A stretch of DNA of 64,000 nucleotides from an uncultured Acidobacteriota bacterium (GCA_963822445.1 CAWGHO010000003.1:1344001-1408000); one strand, 5' to 3'; shown: positions 20,423 to 30,330, counted from the stretch's first letter. Numbers and translations: made by a program. Notes: generated by a model from the letters alone, not told the origin.

Positions 20423-22215
20423 TGTTCGGTCTCCTTCACCGTCGAGAAGGAACAGGTGTCGCACCGAAGGTCCCTGATGATCTCATCGATCAGGGCGTCG
20501 TTCAGGCGGTAGTGAACCGGGGTCTCGGGGACTCGTCGTCCCTGAAGCTCGTTTTCGACGATGGCCGTCATCTTCGCCACTCTCAGGGGGCCTTTGTAAT
20601 TGCCGGCCGCGTCAAAGACCGACCGGTCCACGTCGACGTCCACACCCAGACGGTGCGAGGCGTGGCTGCCGCCCCAGTTCCCGCGGATGTCGAACTTGCC
20701 GCCCAGCGGCGTGCTCATGTCATTGATGCCGAGGCGGCCTTTGTTCGCTGCGGGGATCGTCGCGTCCTCGTTGTACAGAGACGCTGCCAGCTCGATGAAC
20801 GAGTGGAGCTCCGGCCGGCCGTAGTGGCTGACGTCCTTATGGTTGTCGCAGTGATAGATCGTCGACTCGGTGCCGGTCACGGGATCGGTGACCGTCTCAC
20901 CCCCGCAAACGCTGGTCCGATGGCCCGTGAGCTTCACGTAACTCTGCAACACGAGCGGATGAGGGACGTAGTCCCGCAGGATCACGCCGGTGTAAAGGCT
21001 GGCCGGACGTGACGTCACCGGGATCGGCGTCGCCGTCAGGCCGATGTTGTCGGTCGAGGCGCTGTACGTCGTGGCCCCGCCGAACGTGCCCGCTGTAACG
21101 GTGAAGCGCCGCTCTCCGTTGCTGTCGGTCTGGCCGCTCACCGAGGCTGGTGCGTTCGTGAAGGCGCCGGCAGGCGGGGTGACGTTGCCGCTGATCAGGT
21201 GAACGTGCCCGCCACTGCCCGGAGTCGGTTCGGAGGTGAGGGTGAAGGGAACGTTCGGAATCGGCCCGTTGCACTCACTCGACCGGACGACTACTTCCGT
21301 CCGTCCTGCGGGAAGACTCGGGATCTCCGATCCACCGGTCGACGGGACGGCGGGGTTGATGATGCTGTTCGTGAAGCTGACGCTCAGCGCGTCTTCGCGA
21401 GGCCCGAGCGTGAACTGGATTTCCGACACCAACTCGCCCGGTTTGTTCAACCGCAGCGGATTGAGCGTCTGGGGCACTTCGGCAGGCTCCCATTCCTGCG
21501 CGCCGGCCGGCACTTCCTCGGTCGTGCGATATTTCGAGTACCTGTAGAAGACCCTCGAAAAATACTGCGTGCTCAATTTGATGTTGCAGGACGGGTACAC
21601 CTGGACCCACAGTCCCGGCAGCTCGTCGAAATCGAAGCCGTACATATCGCAGTACGCGGCATAGAACGTAAAGCAGGAACGATTGCGCTCGGTCCGGCGG
21701 ATCCACTCGAGGTAATAGTCGCCGTCGCCATAGACATTCGGATCGTCGACTTCCAGCTCATTGTTCGTCACGGGATCGATGTACGAGTGGCGCACGATCC
21801 ACTGCTCGCGCTCTTTGGGCACGAGGTTCCCGTCGGGGCCAGTGAAGTAGCCGCCGCCGTGGGTATTGCTCAGGTATGTGGCGAACGCGTAGTCGCTCCG
21901 GGGCACTACGCCGGTGCCGTCTTCCGGCACAGTGATCGGCCGCCCGTTGTAATAGTCGTTGGGGCGGGGGAAATCAGCTTCGGTCTTGTACCGGTACAAG
22001 AAGACGCGGGACTCGGTCTGCGCGTAATTGGGCGCGACCGCGAACCGGCCGTCGCGGCCGGAACTGCCGCTCGCGGACGGCGGCGGGAGAAGAAACGTGA
22101 CGTTCGGGGCGGACGGCAACTGAAATCCCCCTTCCCGCGGGGGTATGTGGGTTTCCTGTCCCGCGGCGGCAAACGCCACGGCATAGGCCATCAGGGTGAA
22201 CAGGACTCTCTTCAC
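20419..22215 (-). CDS. Secreted multidomain protein with a C-terminal MepA-like (LAS) zinc peptidase domain
   Basis: Signal peptide; Ig-like middle region with 'SGGHVH'; C-terminal 'INDMSTPLGG...HASHRLGVDVD...VHY'. Confidence 0.7.
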   Translation of the reverse strand: MKRVLFTLMAYAVAFAAAGQETHIPPREGGFQLPSAPNVTFLLPPPSASGSSGRDGRFAVAPNYAQTESRVFLYRYKTEADFPRPNDYYNGRPITVPEDGTGVVPRSDYAFATYLSNTHGGGYFTGPDGNLVPKEREQWIVRHSYIDPVTNNELEVDDPNVYGDGDYYLEWIRRTERNRSCFTFYAAYCDMYGFDFDELPGLWVQVYPSCNIKLSTQYFSRVFYRYSKYRTTEEVPAGAQEWEPAEVPQTLNPLRLNKPGELVSEIQFTLGPREDALSVSFTNSIINPAVPSTGGSEIPSLPAGRTEVVVRSSECNGPIPNVPFTLTSEPTPGSGGHVHLISGNVTPPAGAFTNAPASVSGQTDSNGERRFTVTAGTFGGATTYSASTDNIGLTATPIPVTSRPASLYTGVILRDYVPHPLVLQSYVKLTGHRTSVCGGETVTDPVTGTESTIYHCDNHKDVSHYGRPELHSFIELAASLYNEDATIPAANKGRLGINDMSTPLGGKFDIRGNWGGSHASHRLGVDVDVDRSVFDAAGNYKGPLRVAKMTAIVENELQGRRVPETPVHYRLNDALIDEIIRDLRCDTCSFSTVKETEQ

Positions 22216-22266
22216 GCGAGATCCTCCGAAAAGATTAATGAAATGGATTGGGAAAAGCGGGAGGAC

Positions 22267-22296
22267 AGTCTAGAAGGACAGACACACAGGCGTCAA
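22267..22296 (-). promoter_or_regulatory. Sigma70-type promoter TTGACG-N18-TAGACT
   Basis: Near-consensus hexamers on the minus strand about 50 bp upstream of the GTG at 22215. Confidence 0.5.
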
Positions 22297-22307
22297 TGAT
22301 TCTTTGA

Positions 22308-22328
22308 GTGAAATTCGTGTAATTTCAC
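22308..22328. promoter_or_regulatory. Palindromic operator GTGAAATT-N5-AATTTCAC
   Basis: Perfect AT-rich 8-bp inverted repeat just upstream of the -35 element. Confidence 0.55.
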
Positions 22329-22364
22329 GGTCTGGCCGGTCGGTTTGGAAGTTGCCGTAAAGCA

Positions 22365-24383
22365 CTACGAACTGACGACCGCTTCCGCGCCCGCACCCTC
22401 AACCCGCGGCGATGACCTCGGTGGCACCGGCAGCGTCACCCGCACTGTCGTCCCCAGTTCCGAAGACTGAATGTTCATCTGTCCCCGAAGCTCGTGGACC
22501 CGTTCGTTGATGCCGGCGATGCCCACGCCGGACGCCAGGAGGGCGCCGTGGTCGGAGCGGAGGGCGGGCGGGAGGCCGCGGCCGCTGTCGGCGACCTCGA
22601 TCGACAGGCGCTCGCCGTCGCGCTGGAGCGACACGCGGGCGGTGTTGCTGCCGGAATGGCGCTGGACGTTGGTGAGACTCTCCTGCACGATCCGAAAAAC
22701 GGAAGTCTCGACGTCGCGCGGGAGCCGGCCGAGATGATCGTCAGCGTCCAGCGTCGTGGTGATGCCGCTGCGATGCTGGAATCCGTCGGCATACCAGCGC
22801 AGCGCCGTCGCCAGTCCCGCCTGATCGATCATCGGCGGGTGCAGCAGATACGACATCGTCCGCACTTCCGACAACGCATCATCCGCGACGGCGATGCTGT
22901 CGTCGACCATCTCCCCGGCGCCGGGGAGGTCTTTGATCATGCCCAGATTCATGCGCAGGCCGGCCAGACTCTGGGCCACGGTCTCATGCAGGTCGCGGGC
23001 GATGCGCCGGCGGGTCTCGTCCTGAACGCGCAACAGGCGGGCGGACAGGTGTCGCACGGCCTCTTCCGATTTCTTGCGCTCGGTCACGTCCGTCAAGAGC
23101 TGGGCGAACTGGCCATGGCGTGGTGAGAAGCATCGCATCTCGAACCACCGCTCGGACGCGGGGTCGTACTGCTCGTAATGAATCGACGTCCCGGTGATCG
23201 CGACGTCGTAGTTCTTCGCCCGCACATCCTCAGGCCATTGCAGATAACCTGCGTCCCCGGATCGCTTCCCGATCTCGTTGCTCGCGCTGACGCCGAAGAG
23301 CCGCTCCGCCGCCGGATTCATGTCGACGACCTGATGGTCCACGGGCATTTCCCGTTCATCGAAAACCAACCGCATCACCATGATGCCCGTCGTCGTGTTC
23401 ACGTACAACCGCGCCAGCTGGTCCTCGGCGGCGCGTAACTTATGCATGCGCCGCGATCGCAGAACCGCGAACGCCGTCGCCGCCAGCATGACCGACAAGG
23501 CCGCGAACAGTTGCCCGAGCCGCACCGTTTCGTCGACCGAGGTCGCCAGCACTTCCTGCTCGTCGATCTTCGCGAAGACGATCCACGGCGTCCGGGGAAT
23601 CGCCTTCACCACGCCGATCACCGGCCTGTTGTGGCGGTCGGGCATCCGGACGCTTTTCTCTCCGGTCGTGAGCGCCCAGGCAGCGTACTCCCGGGGGATC
23701 TTGCGGCGGATGATCATGGGAGGAAGCGGATCGCCCTTGTACGGATTCAAGGCCACTCCCATGTCGCCGTACAACCCGATGAGATTCGTCTCGCCGCTCT
23801 TCGATGCGACCGCGAAGGTGCTGAACAACGGATAGACGTACTCGTAGGGATCGGAGACGAAGACCAGGCTGCCGTTCTCGAAGCGCGAGGCGGTGAGGAT
23901 TCTCGGTTTCTCCCTGGCAATGCTCACGAAATCGATCCAGGCGCCCGATCGGCTTCCTCCGCGCCTGACGAACTCGGAGATCGTCGCGATATCGGCCTCC
24001 GCGCCGCCCCGCCGGATCACGACCTTGCCTGCGCCATCGAGGATGAACGCGGATTCGTATCCGTATCCGCGCATGAAGTGATCGAGCAGTGTCGGCGCGG
24101 ACCCGTCGCGAATCGCGGGGCCGAGGAGTTTCGTCGCCAGTTCCGCGTCGGACAGCCGTTCCTCGACCCACCCGGCGAGCGCGTTCTGGCGGTCTTTGGC
24201 CAGCAGCGACAGTTGCGCCGGCGCCCTGGCAAAAGCCTCCTCCCGGCGCGCGGGGAAATAGATATAGATCAGATACCAGGCCGCGACCGCATCGACGGCG
24301 AGGAGGATCAGAACGACCAGGATCAGATCCCGTCGTGCCGGCGGCACGCCGCCTGTGCGCCGGAGGGACGAACGCGGCTCCAT
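22365..24383 (-). CDS. Membrane sensor histidine kinase (extracytoplasmic sensor, PAS, HisKA_3/NarX-type)
   Basis: Two TM segments; 'RRRIARDLHETVAQ', 'FRIVQESLTNVQRHSG', 'DSGRG'. Confidence 0.9.
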   Translation of the reverse strand: MEPRSSLRRTGGVPPARRDLILVVLILLAVDAVAAWYLIYIYFPARREEAFARAPAQLSLLAKDRQNALAGWVEERLSDAELATKLLGPAIRDGSAPTLLDHFMRGYGYESAFILDGAGKVVIRRGGAEADIATISEFVRRGGSRSGAWIDFVSIAREKPRILTASRFENGSLVFVSDPYEYVYPLFSTFAVASKSGETNLIGLYGDMGVALNPYKGDPLPPMIIRRKIPREYAAWALTTGEKSVRMPDRHNRPVIGVVKAIPRTPWIVFAKIDEQEVLATSVDETVRLGQLFAALSVMLAATAFAVLRSRRMHKLRAAEDQLARLYVNTTTGIMVMRLVFDEREMPVDHQVVDMNPAAERLFGVSASNEIGKRSGDAGYLQWPEDVRAKNYDVAITGTSIHYEQYDPASERWFEMRCFSPRHGQFAQLLTDVTERKKSEEAVRHLSARLLRVQDETRRRIARDLHETVAQSLAGLRMNLGMIKDLPGAGEMVDDSIAVADDALSEVRTMSYLLHPPMIDQAGLATALRWYADGFQHRSGITTTLDADDHLGRLPRDVETSVFRIVQESLTNVQRHSGSNTARVSLQRDGERLSIEVADSGRGLPPALRSDHGALLASGVGIAGINERVHELRGQMNIQSSELGTTVRVTLPVPPRSSPRVEGAGAEAVVSS

Positions 24384-24450
24384 GCCCCCACGATAGCGCT
24401 GCCGGGCCAGTTTTTGCGGAAACGTCATCGTCGCGTGATCAGGAAGGCGC

Positions 24451-25095
24451 ATGCTGTACGGCATGACGCGGATCGTGATCGCTGATGATCACGCGGTGGT
24501 TCGCAAAGGGTTGCGGTTGATTCTCGCCGATGCGGTGGGGATCGAGGTGGCCGGCGAAGCCGCGTCCGCGGACGAGCTCCTGGCGTTTCTCCGGTTGCAG
24601 CGAGCGGATGCCGTCATTCTCGACGTCGCCCTGGGGGAGCGCGACGGCATCGAAGTCCTCAAGCACGTCCGATCCGAATTTCCGAATGTCCCCGTGCTCA
24701 TGATCAGCATGCACGCCGAAGAGATCTTCGCCGTGCGCGCTTTCCGGGCCGGCGCGGCGGGATACATCGAAAAATCCGCGGCTACGGACGTCCTCCGCGA
24801 CGCCATCCGTACCATCGCCACGGGAGGGACGTACTTCAGCGCCGCGGTCGCGCAGCAGCTGAGGACCGACCTCGGGCGCGGGTGGGCCGATTCGCTTCCT
24901 CACGAACGCCTCACCGACCGCGAATTCGAGATCTTTCGTCTCCTCGGCGCAGGCAACTCTGTCAGCGAGATCGCCCGGGCCATCAATCTCAGCGTCAAGA
25001 CCGTCAGCACCCACCGCACCCGCATCCTCGCGAAAACAGGCCTCGAAACGAACGCGGACATCGTCGCGTACGTGACCGATTACGGCCTTCGCTGA
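24451..25095 (+). CDS. NarL/UvrY-family response regulator
   Basis: 'IVIADDHAVVRKGL'; LuxR HTH 'LTDREFEIFRLL...NLSVKTVSTHR'. Confidence 0.93.
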   Translation: MLYGMTRIVIADDHAVVRKGLRLILADAVGIEVAGEAASADELLAFLRLQRADAVILDVALGERDGIEVLKHVRSEFPNVPVLMISMHAEEIFAVRAFRAGAAGYIEKSAATDVLRDAIRTIATGGTYFSAAVAQQLRTDLGRGWADSLPHERLTDREFEIFRLLGAGNSVSEIARAINLSVKTVSTHRTRILAKTGLETNADIVAYVTDYGLR

Positions 25096-25215
25096 CGCCT
25101 ACGTCCGGTTCGGACAACGTCCTACGCCCTCATCGGATGGAGTTCCGTGTCTCGCCCCCCACTCTGGACGCCATCCTGATTATTAAGACAGCAACGTAAA
25201 CGACCCGGAGGAACC

Positions 25216-28200
25216 ATGTCAGTCACGTTGCTGCTCGTCGAAGATGACCCCAACCAGAGCGAGGCGATGCGCTCGCTGTTCGAGGAGTCCTCAGCCGACA
25301 CCACGGTCATCATCGCGCCCACGTTGAAGGAAGCGCTTTCCCACGAACGAGCCGATGTCGATGCGGTTCTGCTCGACCTCGGCCTGCCCGACAGCAGCGG
25401 CCTGGCGACGCTGACCGCTATCCTGGAGCGTTTTGCGCCGGTGCCGGCGATCGTACTCACGGCGGCCGCGGATGCGAGCCTTGCCGAGGAGGCGCTTGCG
25501 CTCGGAGCGGACGACTACCTGTCGAAGGCACTCATCCCCCCGGCGGCGATCCATCGCGTGGTCCGCTACGCGATCCGCCATTCCGCCGAGCGGCTCGCCG
25601 CCGCGGAGCGCGACGCGCAGAACAGGGCCCTCGCGCAACTCGGCCATCTCGCGCTCACCAACGTGTCAGCCGAAACGGTTCTGGGCACGTTGTGCGAGCT
25701 CGTCGCCGCCGTGCTCGGCGTGCCCAACGCGATGTTCATGGAGCGCACGAATGACGGGTTTCTGGTGGCGAAGGCCACCGTCGGCTGCACAGCCGGGCAA
25801 TGGCCACCGGTGAGCGTCGACGAAGCGAGTCTGCTGGGAGAGGCGATCCGGACGAACCACGCCGTTCGCGTGTATGACGTCCGCGGCAGCGCGGACTCCG
25901 CGACCGTGGAAGTCTTTCGCGAGCTCGAAGCGGTCAGCGTCGTCGCCGTGCCGGTGCGCACCAGTTTCACCGCCGCGGAAGGGCTGCTCGTTGCCTGGCG
26001 GGCCGAGAGGCGTACGTTCACCGACAGCCAGACCTCGTTTCTTTCCGCGGTAGCGAACATTCTCGCGGCGGCGATCCAGCGCGAAGCCACGCAGAAGGCA
26101 TTGCGCGAGAGCCGCACGGAGCTCGAGCAGATTCTCGACGCCGTGCCGGAACGGATCCTCCGTTTCGGCGAGGACCTGCGCGTGCAGTATCTGAATCGGG
26201 CCGGCGTCCGTGGGCTGCCCGTGGCCAGAATGGGCATGCACGTCGACGAGCTCACTGTGCCGACCACGCATCGGGTGCGGTGGCGGTCCATGATCGAGCG
26301 TGCACTGGCCTCGGCCGGAACGGAACGGTTCGACATGGACGGCCTCGAGGCGCCGTCCCGCTTCGACGTGTCGGTCGTGCCGCTCGTTCACGCCGAACGG
26401 CGGTCGGTCGTCGTCGTCCTGCGCGACGTCACCGACCGCGTACAGGCTCAGGCCCGCTACGAGACGCTGTTCGCTTCGAACGTCGTCGGAGTGTTCTTCT
26501 GCGGCTCCGACGGGGTGATCACCGAAGCGAACCGCGCATTCCTCGAAGTCGTCGGGCGGCAGGCCGCGGACGTCGCCGCACGGCGTCTCACGCTTCGAAA
26601 CCTGATGGCACCGACGGCACAGGCCATTCACGCGGCGCGGCAGCGCGAGATCCGCCAGCGGGGAGTTCTCCCGCCGCTTCCGGGAGAGCTGATGCACAGC
26701 AGCGGCGCGGCCGTGCCGGTGCTTCTCGCCTCCGCCATCGTCGAATTGACGCCCGAGGAGATGGTCACGTTCGTTGTCGACGAGACGGCGACGCGCCGGG
26801 CCGAAGTGGAACTGCGGAACCAGACCCTCCTTCTCGACAGCGCGCGCGATGCGATCATCCTGCGCGACAGCGAGGGGCATGTCTGTTTCTGGAATGAGGG
26901 TGCGCATCGTCTCTACGGTTGGAGTCGCGATGAGGCCGTCGGCCGGCGGTTATCCGATCTCATCAACGCGACGATCGATCACACCGCCGCGGTGATCGAC
27001 GAGTCGGTGATGTCCTGCGGCGAATGGCAGGGCGAGCTCAATCAAAACACGCGCGCCGGCGCGCAGATCGTCGTCGACAGCCGCTGCTCGCTCATTCCCT
27101 CGCCGTTCGGTGAGGCGCCGATGATGCTGATCATCAACACCGACATCACCGAAAGAAAATCGCTCGAGCAGCAACTCCTTCATGCCCAGCGGCTGGAGAG
27201 CCTCGGCACACTCGCCGGCGGCATCGCCCACGATCTGAACAACATCCTGATGCCGATCCTGATGGGGGCGGAGCATCTCCGCCGTTCCGGCCTGCCGCCC
27301 GCGGCCGAGGAGACAGTCGATCGGATCGCGAGCAGCTCGCGGCGTGGCGCGGAGATCATCCGGCAGCTGCTCACCTTCGCAAGAGGGCACCGGGTGGACA
27401 GCCAGATGACGAATCCCGCCCGGCTGGTGACCGAGGTCCAGCGCATGCTGCGGGAGACGATCCCGCCGTCGATCGAGATCGAGACGGACGTCGAGCCGGA
27501 GATCTGGTCGATCGCCTGCGATCCCACGCAGTTCCTCCAGGTTCTGCTCAACCTCGGGCTCAACGCGCGCGACGCCATGCCTCACGGCGGCACTCTGTCG
27601 ATCCATGCGGAGAACGTGGAGATCGACGCGCAGTACGCGAACATGAATGTGGGCGCGACGCCCGGAGCCTACGTGCTCCTGTCGGTCTCGGACACCGGAA
27701 CGGGGATCGAGCCGGAGAACCTGGACAAGATCTTCGATCCCTTCTTCAGCACGAAACCGGCCGGAGCCGGCACCGGTCTCGGCCTGGCCACCGCACGCTC
27801 GATCGTCAAGAACCACGGTGGATTCATCAATGTCTACAGCGAACCGGGAGCGACGGAGTTCAGGATCTACATGCCCGCGCTGTATGAGACGGTGGATGAG
27901 GCCGAGGACGCGCCGCCGCCGATCATTTCCGGGAAGGGGGAGCTCATTCTGGTGATCGACGACGAGATGGCCATTCGTGACGTGACCGCGGCGACGCTCA
28001 AGAGCTTCGGCTACCGCGTTCTGACGGCCTCGGACGGCAGCGAAGGGATCGCCCTGTACGCGCGGAACTCCGACGTCGCCGTCGTCGTGACGGACATGCT
28101 CATGCCGGTGCTCGACGGCCCGACGACGATTCGCGCGCTGCGGAAACTCAATCCGAACGTGCGGGTGATCGGCATGAGCGGTTATACGAGGCAGCGGATG

Positions 28201-28290
28201 TCGGGCGCGGCGCCGGACGTTCTTCTGCAGAAGCCTTTCCGCGCCGCCGATCTGCTCAGCGCGATCCACGCGATCCTGACCGCGCGGTAG
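25216..28290 (+). CDS. Hybrid sensor histidine kinase (REC-GAF-PAS x3-HisKA-HATPase-REC)
   Basis: 'LLVEDD', 'GGIAHDLNNIL', 'NARDAM', 'GTGLGLA', C-terminal REC; GGAGG RBS. Confidence 0.93.
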   Translation: MSVTLLLVEDDPNQSEAMRSLFEESSADTTVIIAPTLKEALSHERADVDAVLLDLGLPDSSGLATLTAILERFAPVPAIVLTAAADASLAEEALALGADDYLSKALIPPAAIHRVVRYAIRHSAERLAAAERDAQNRALAQLGHLALTNVSAETVLGTLCELVAAVLGVPNAMFMERTNDGFLVAKATVGCTAGQWPPVSVDEASLLGEAIRTNHAVRVYDVRGSADSATVEVFRELEAVSVVAVPVRTSFTAAEGLLVAWRAERRTFTDSQTSFLSAVANILAAAIQREATQKALRESRTELEQILDAVPERILRFGEDLRVQYLNRAGVRGLPVARMGMHVDELTVPTTHRVRWRSMIERALASAGTERFDMDGLEAPSRFDVSVVPLVHAERRSVVVVLRDVTDRVQAQARYETLFASNVVGVFFCGSDGVITEANRAFLEVVGRQAADVAARRLTLRNLMAPTAQAIHAARQREIRQRGVLPPLPGELMHSSGAAVPVLLASAIVELTPEEMVTFVVDETATRRAEVELRNQTLLLDSARDAIILRDSEGHVCFWNEGAHRLYGWSRDEAVGRRLSDLINATIDHTAAVIDESVMSCGEWQGELNQNTRAGAQIVVDSRCSLIPSPFGEAPMMLIINTDITERKSLEQQLLHAQRLESLGTLAGGIAHDLNNILMPILMGAEHLRRSGLPPAAEETVDRIASSSRRGAEIIRQLLTFARGHRVDSQMTNPARLVTEVQRMLRETIPPSIEIETDVEPEIWSIACDPTQFLQVLLNLGLNARDAMPHGGTLSIHAENVEIDAQYANMNVGATPGAYVLLSVSDTGTGIEPENLDKIFDPFFSTKPAGAGTGLGLATARSIVKNHGGFINVYSEPGATEFRIYMPALYETVDEAEDAPPPIISGKGELILVIDDEMAIRDVTAATLKSFGYRVLTASDGSEGIALYARNSDVAVVVTDMLMPVLDGPTTIRALRKLNPNVRVIGMSGYTRQRMSGAAPDVLLQKPFRAADLLSAIHAILTAR

Positions 28291-28293
28291 CGC

Positions 28294-28851
28294 CTAGTAC
28301 GTCACGCGGTGGTAGTACTTGAACTTCTGCCGCTCGCCTTTGACGATGATCGGATAGAAGCGCGCGGACTTCAGCGCGGCCTCGTTCTGCGATGCGAGGA
28401 TGGCCGAGCCGGTGGTATTGGTGATCATGCGCGTGGACACGACGTCGCCGTCGGTATTCACATCCGCCTCGATGTAGATCTCTCCGCGCGCGCTCGGCGC
28501 GGAAACCGGTAGCGGCATCACCCGGAACTTCGGCTGCGGATCTTCCTCGTTCTGCGTCTTCCCCTCGGCCGTCGTGAGATCAGCCTTCTTCGCCCATCCC
28601 GCGCGATCTCCGGTGCGCACTTCGACCCACTCACCCTTTTCCGAGAGGATGGAAATCGCCTCACCGTTCGAATAGGTGGTGATGACCGCAGCCGTGTCGT
28701 TCGGCTGCTCCCGAACCGGCAACTCCGGCGCGCCGACATACAGAACGCCGATGGCCGGGCGGGTGTCGACGGTTTCGGTGACGGCGGGAGGCTCGGGGGT
28801 ACAGGCGGCGAGGAGGAGAAGGAGTGCGAAGCGCCTCATTTTGGCGAACAT
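28294..28851 (-). CDS. Lipoprotein with SH3 and TonB C-terminal-like domains
   Basis: Lipobox 'LAAC'; SH3 'VREQP...GEWVEVR...GW'; TonB_C 'GEIYIEADVNTDGDV...AALKSARFYP'. Confidence 0.75.
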   Translation of the reverse strand: MFAKMRRFALLLLLAACTPEPPAVTETVDTRPAIGVLYVGAPELPVREQPNDTAAVITTYSNGEAISILSEKGEWVEVRTGDRAGWAKKADLTTAEGKTQNEEDPQPKFRVMPLPVSAPSARGEIYIEADVNTDGDVVSTRMITNTTGSAILASQNEAALKSARFYPIIVKGERQKFKYYHRVTY

Positions 28852-28860
28852 ACCACGCGC

Positions 28861-28932
28861 GTTACGGGGTCACGGGGTTACGGGGTTACGAGGGAAAAAC
28901 CTCGGAACCCCGCAACCCCGAAACCCCGGAAC
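28861..28932. repeat. Inverted tandem-octamer hairpin (GTTACGGG)x4 / (CCCGNAAC)x4
   Basis: Read directly from the sequence. Confidence 0.85.
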
Positions 28933-28934
28933 AA

Positions 28935-28982
28935 CGGACATCTGTCCGCGGACACTCGTCAACCGTCCGCCTGTCCGGACAC
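28935..28982. promoter_or_regulatory. Putative enhancer (UAS) with repeated GTCCG/CGGAC half-sites
   Basis: CGGACA-TC-TGTCCG, TGTCCG-CGGACA and TGTCCGGACA palindromes 30-80 bp upstream of a sigma54 promoter. Confidence 0.5.
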
Positions 28983-29013
28983 GCTAACTCGTTGAAAACA
29001 CGTGCTTCTTCAT

Positions 29014-29028
29014 TGGCAGCTCCATTGC
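29014..29028 (+). promoter_or_regulatory. Sigma54 -24/-12 promoter TGGCAGCTCCATTGC
   Basis: GG-N10-GC consensus upstream of the ABC exporter operon, whose locus encodes an NtrC-type activator. Confidence 0.7.
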
Positions 29029-29048
29029 GCTAGGGGAGGTCCAGTCAG

Positions 29049-30317
29049 ATGATCCAGGACACTTCTTCCATGGACCGGCCCGTCGAGGGCTCGCGCGTCA
29101 CCAGACCGATGGTGATCGCGGGGATCGTCGTCATCCTCGCGCTGATTCTCGCCGTCGTTCTCTTTCCATCCGTCCGGAGCTGGGCGCGCGCGGAGACGGC
29201 GGTTGACGCGACGACCCTGCGCATCGCGGCGGTCACGCGCGGCGATCTGCTGCGCGACGTATCCGTGCAGGGCCGCGTCGTCGCTTCGCTCCATCCGACG
29301 CTCTTCAGCCCCGGCCAGGGCATCGTCTCTCTGCGTACGAAAGCGGGCTCGCAGGTCCGCACCGGCGACATCCTCGCGACCATCGACAGTAAAGAACTGC
29401 AGTCCGCGTTCGAACAGGCCCGCGCGCAGATGCTGTCGACGCGCGCGGAGCTCGAGCGCCAGAAGATCCTCGCTCGCCAGTCGGAGCAGCGTGCGCAGCA
29501 GCAGGTCAACCTTCTCAACCTTCGCCTCGAAGCGGCGAAGCGCAACCTCGAGCGCAATCAGCGTCTGTTCAACGAAGGCCTGAGCAACAAGACCGATTTC
29601 GAGTCAGCGCAGGACTCCGTACGCATCGCCACGATGGAGCTCGAACAGGCCCGCCGCGAAGTGCAGCTCTCGCGCGAGACCTTGTCGTTCGAGGTGCAGA
29701 CCCGCGAACAGCAGGTGATCTCCCAGTCGTCCGTCGTCGCCGATCTGCAGAAGCGGGTGACCGAGCTCACCGTCCGCGCGCCGTTCGACGGCATGGTCGC
29801 TTCGGTCGCCGTGCAGAACAGCGACGCGGTCGCGCCGAATCAAGCGATTCTCACGGTCGTCAATCTCGACGCGCTGGAACTGGAGATTGCTTTACCCGAG
29901 GAGTATGGGAGCGAGACAGCGATCGGGACGGCGGCGGCGATTTACTTCAACGGCCGCGAATACGCGGGACGAGTCACGGCGATGTCGCCTGAAGTCGCCG
30001 AGAACCAGGTCGCGGGGATCGTGGCCTTCGTCGGCGAGCAGCCGGCCGGCCTCAAGCAGAACCAGCGGCTCACCACGCGGCTCGTGTTCGAGTCGAAGAA
30101 GAACGTGCTGAAAGTGCCGCGCGGCGCGTTCGTCGACGCCGGCGGCGGCCGCACGGCCTGGGTCGTCGACGGCGACGTCGCCACCCGCCGCGAGATCGCC
30201 CTCGGCGCCACCAGCGCCTCCGAAGTGGAAGTGGTCAGCGGCCTCACTGCAGGTGAACGAATCATCGTCTCCGACACGGCAGCGTTCGGCGACGCCAAGA
30301 CAGTCCTACTCAGGTAA
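29049..30317 (+). CDS. Periplasmic adaptor (HlyD/MacA-like membrane fusion protein)
   Basis: N-terminal TM, 'GSQVRTGDILA', coiled-coil hairpin, 'VRAPFDG', 'VEVVSGLTAGERII'. Confidence 0.9.
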   Translation: MIQDTSSMDRPVEGSRVTRPMVIAGIVVILALILAVVLFPSVRSWARAETAVDATTLRIAAVTRGDLLRDVSVQGRVVASLHPTLFSPGQGIVSLRTKAGSQVRTGDILATIDSKELQSAFEQARAQMLSTRAELERQKILARQSEQRAQQQVNLLNLRLEAAKRNLERNQRLFNEGLSNKTDFESAQDSVRIATMELEQARREVQLSRETLSFEVQTREQQVISQSSVVADLQKRVTELTVRAPFDGMVASVAVQNSDAVAPNQAILTVVNLDALELEIALPEEYGSETAIGTAAAIYFNGREYAGRVTAMSPEVAENQVAGIVAFVGEQPAGLKQNQRLTTRLVFESKKNVLKVPRGAFVDAGGGRTAWVVDGDVATRREIALGATSASEVEVVSGLTAGERIIVSDTAAFGDAKTVLLR

Positions 30318-30330
30318 CGGAGAAAAACCA

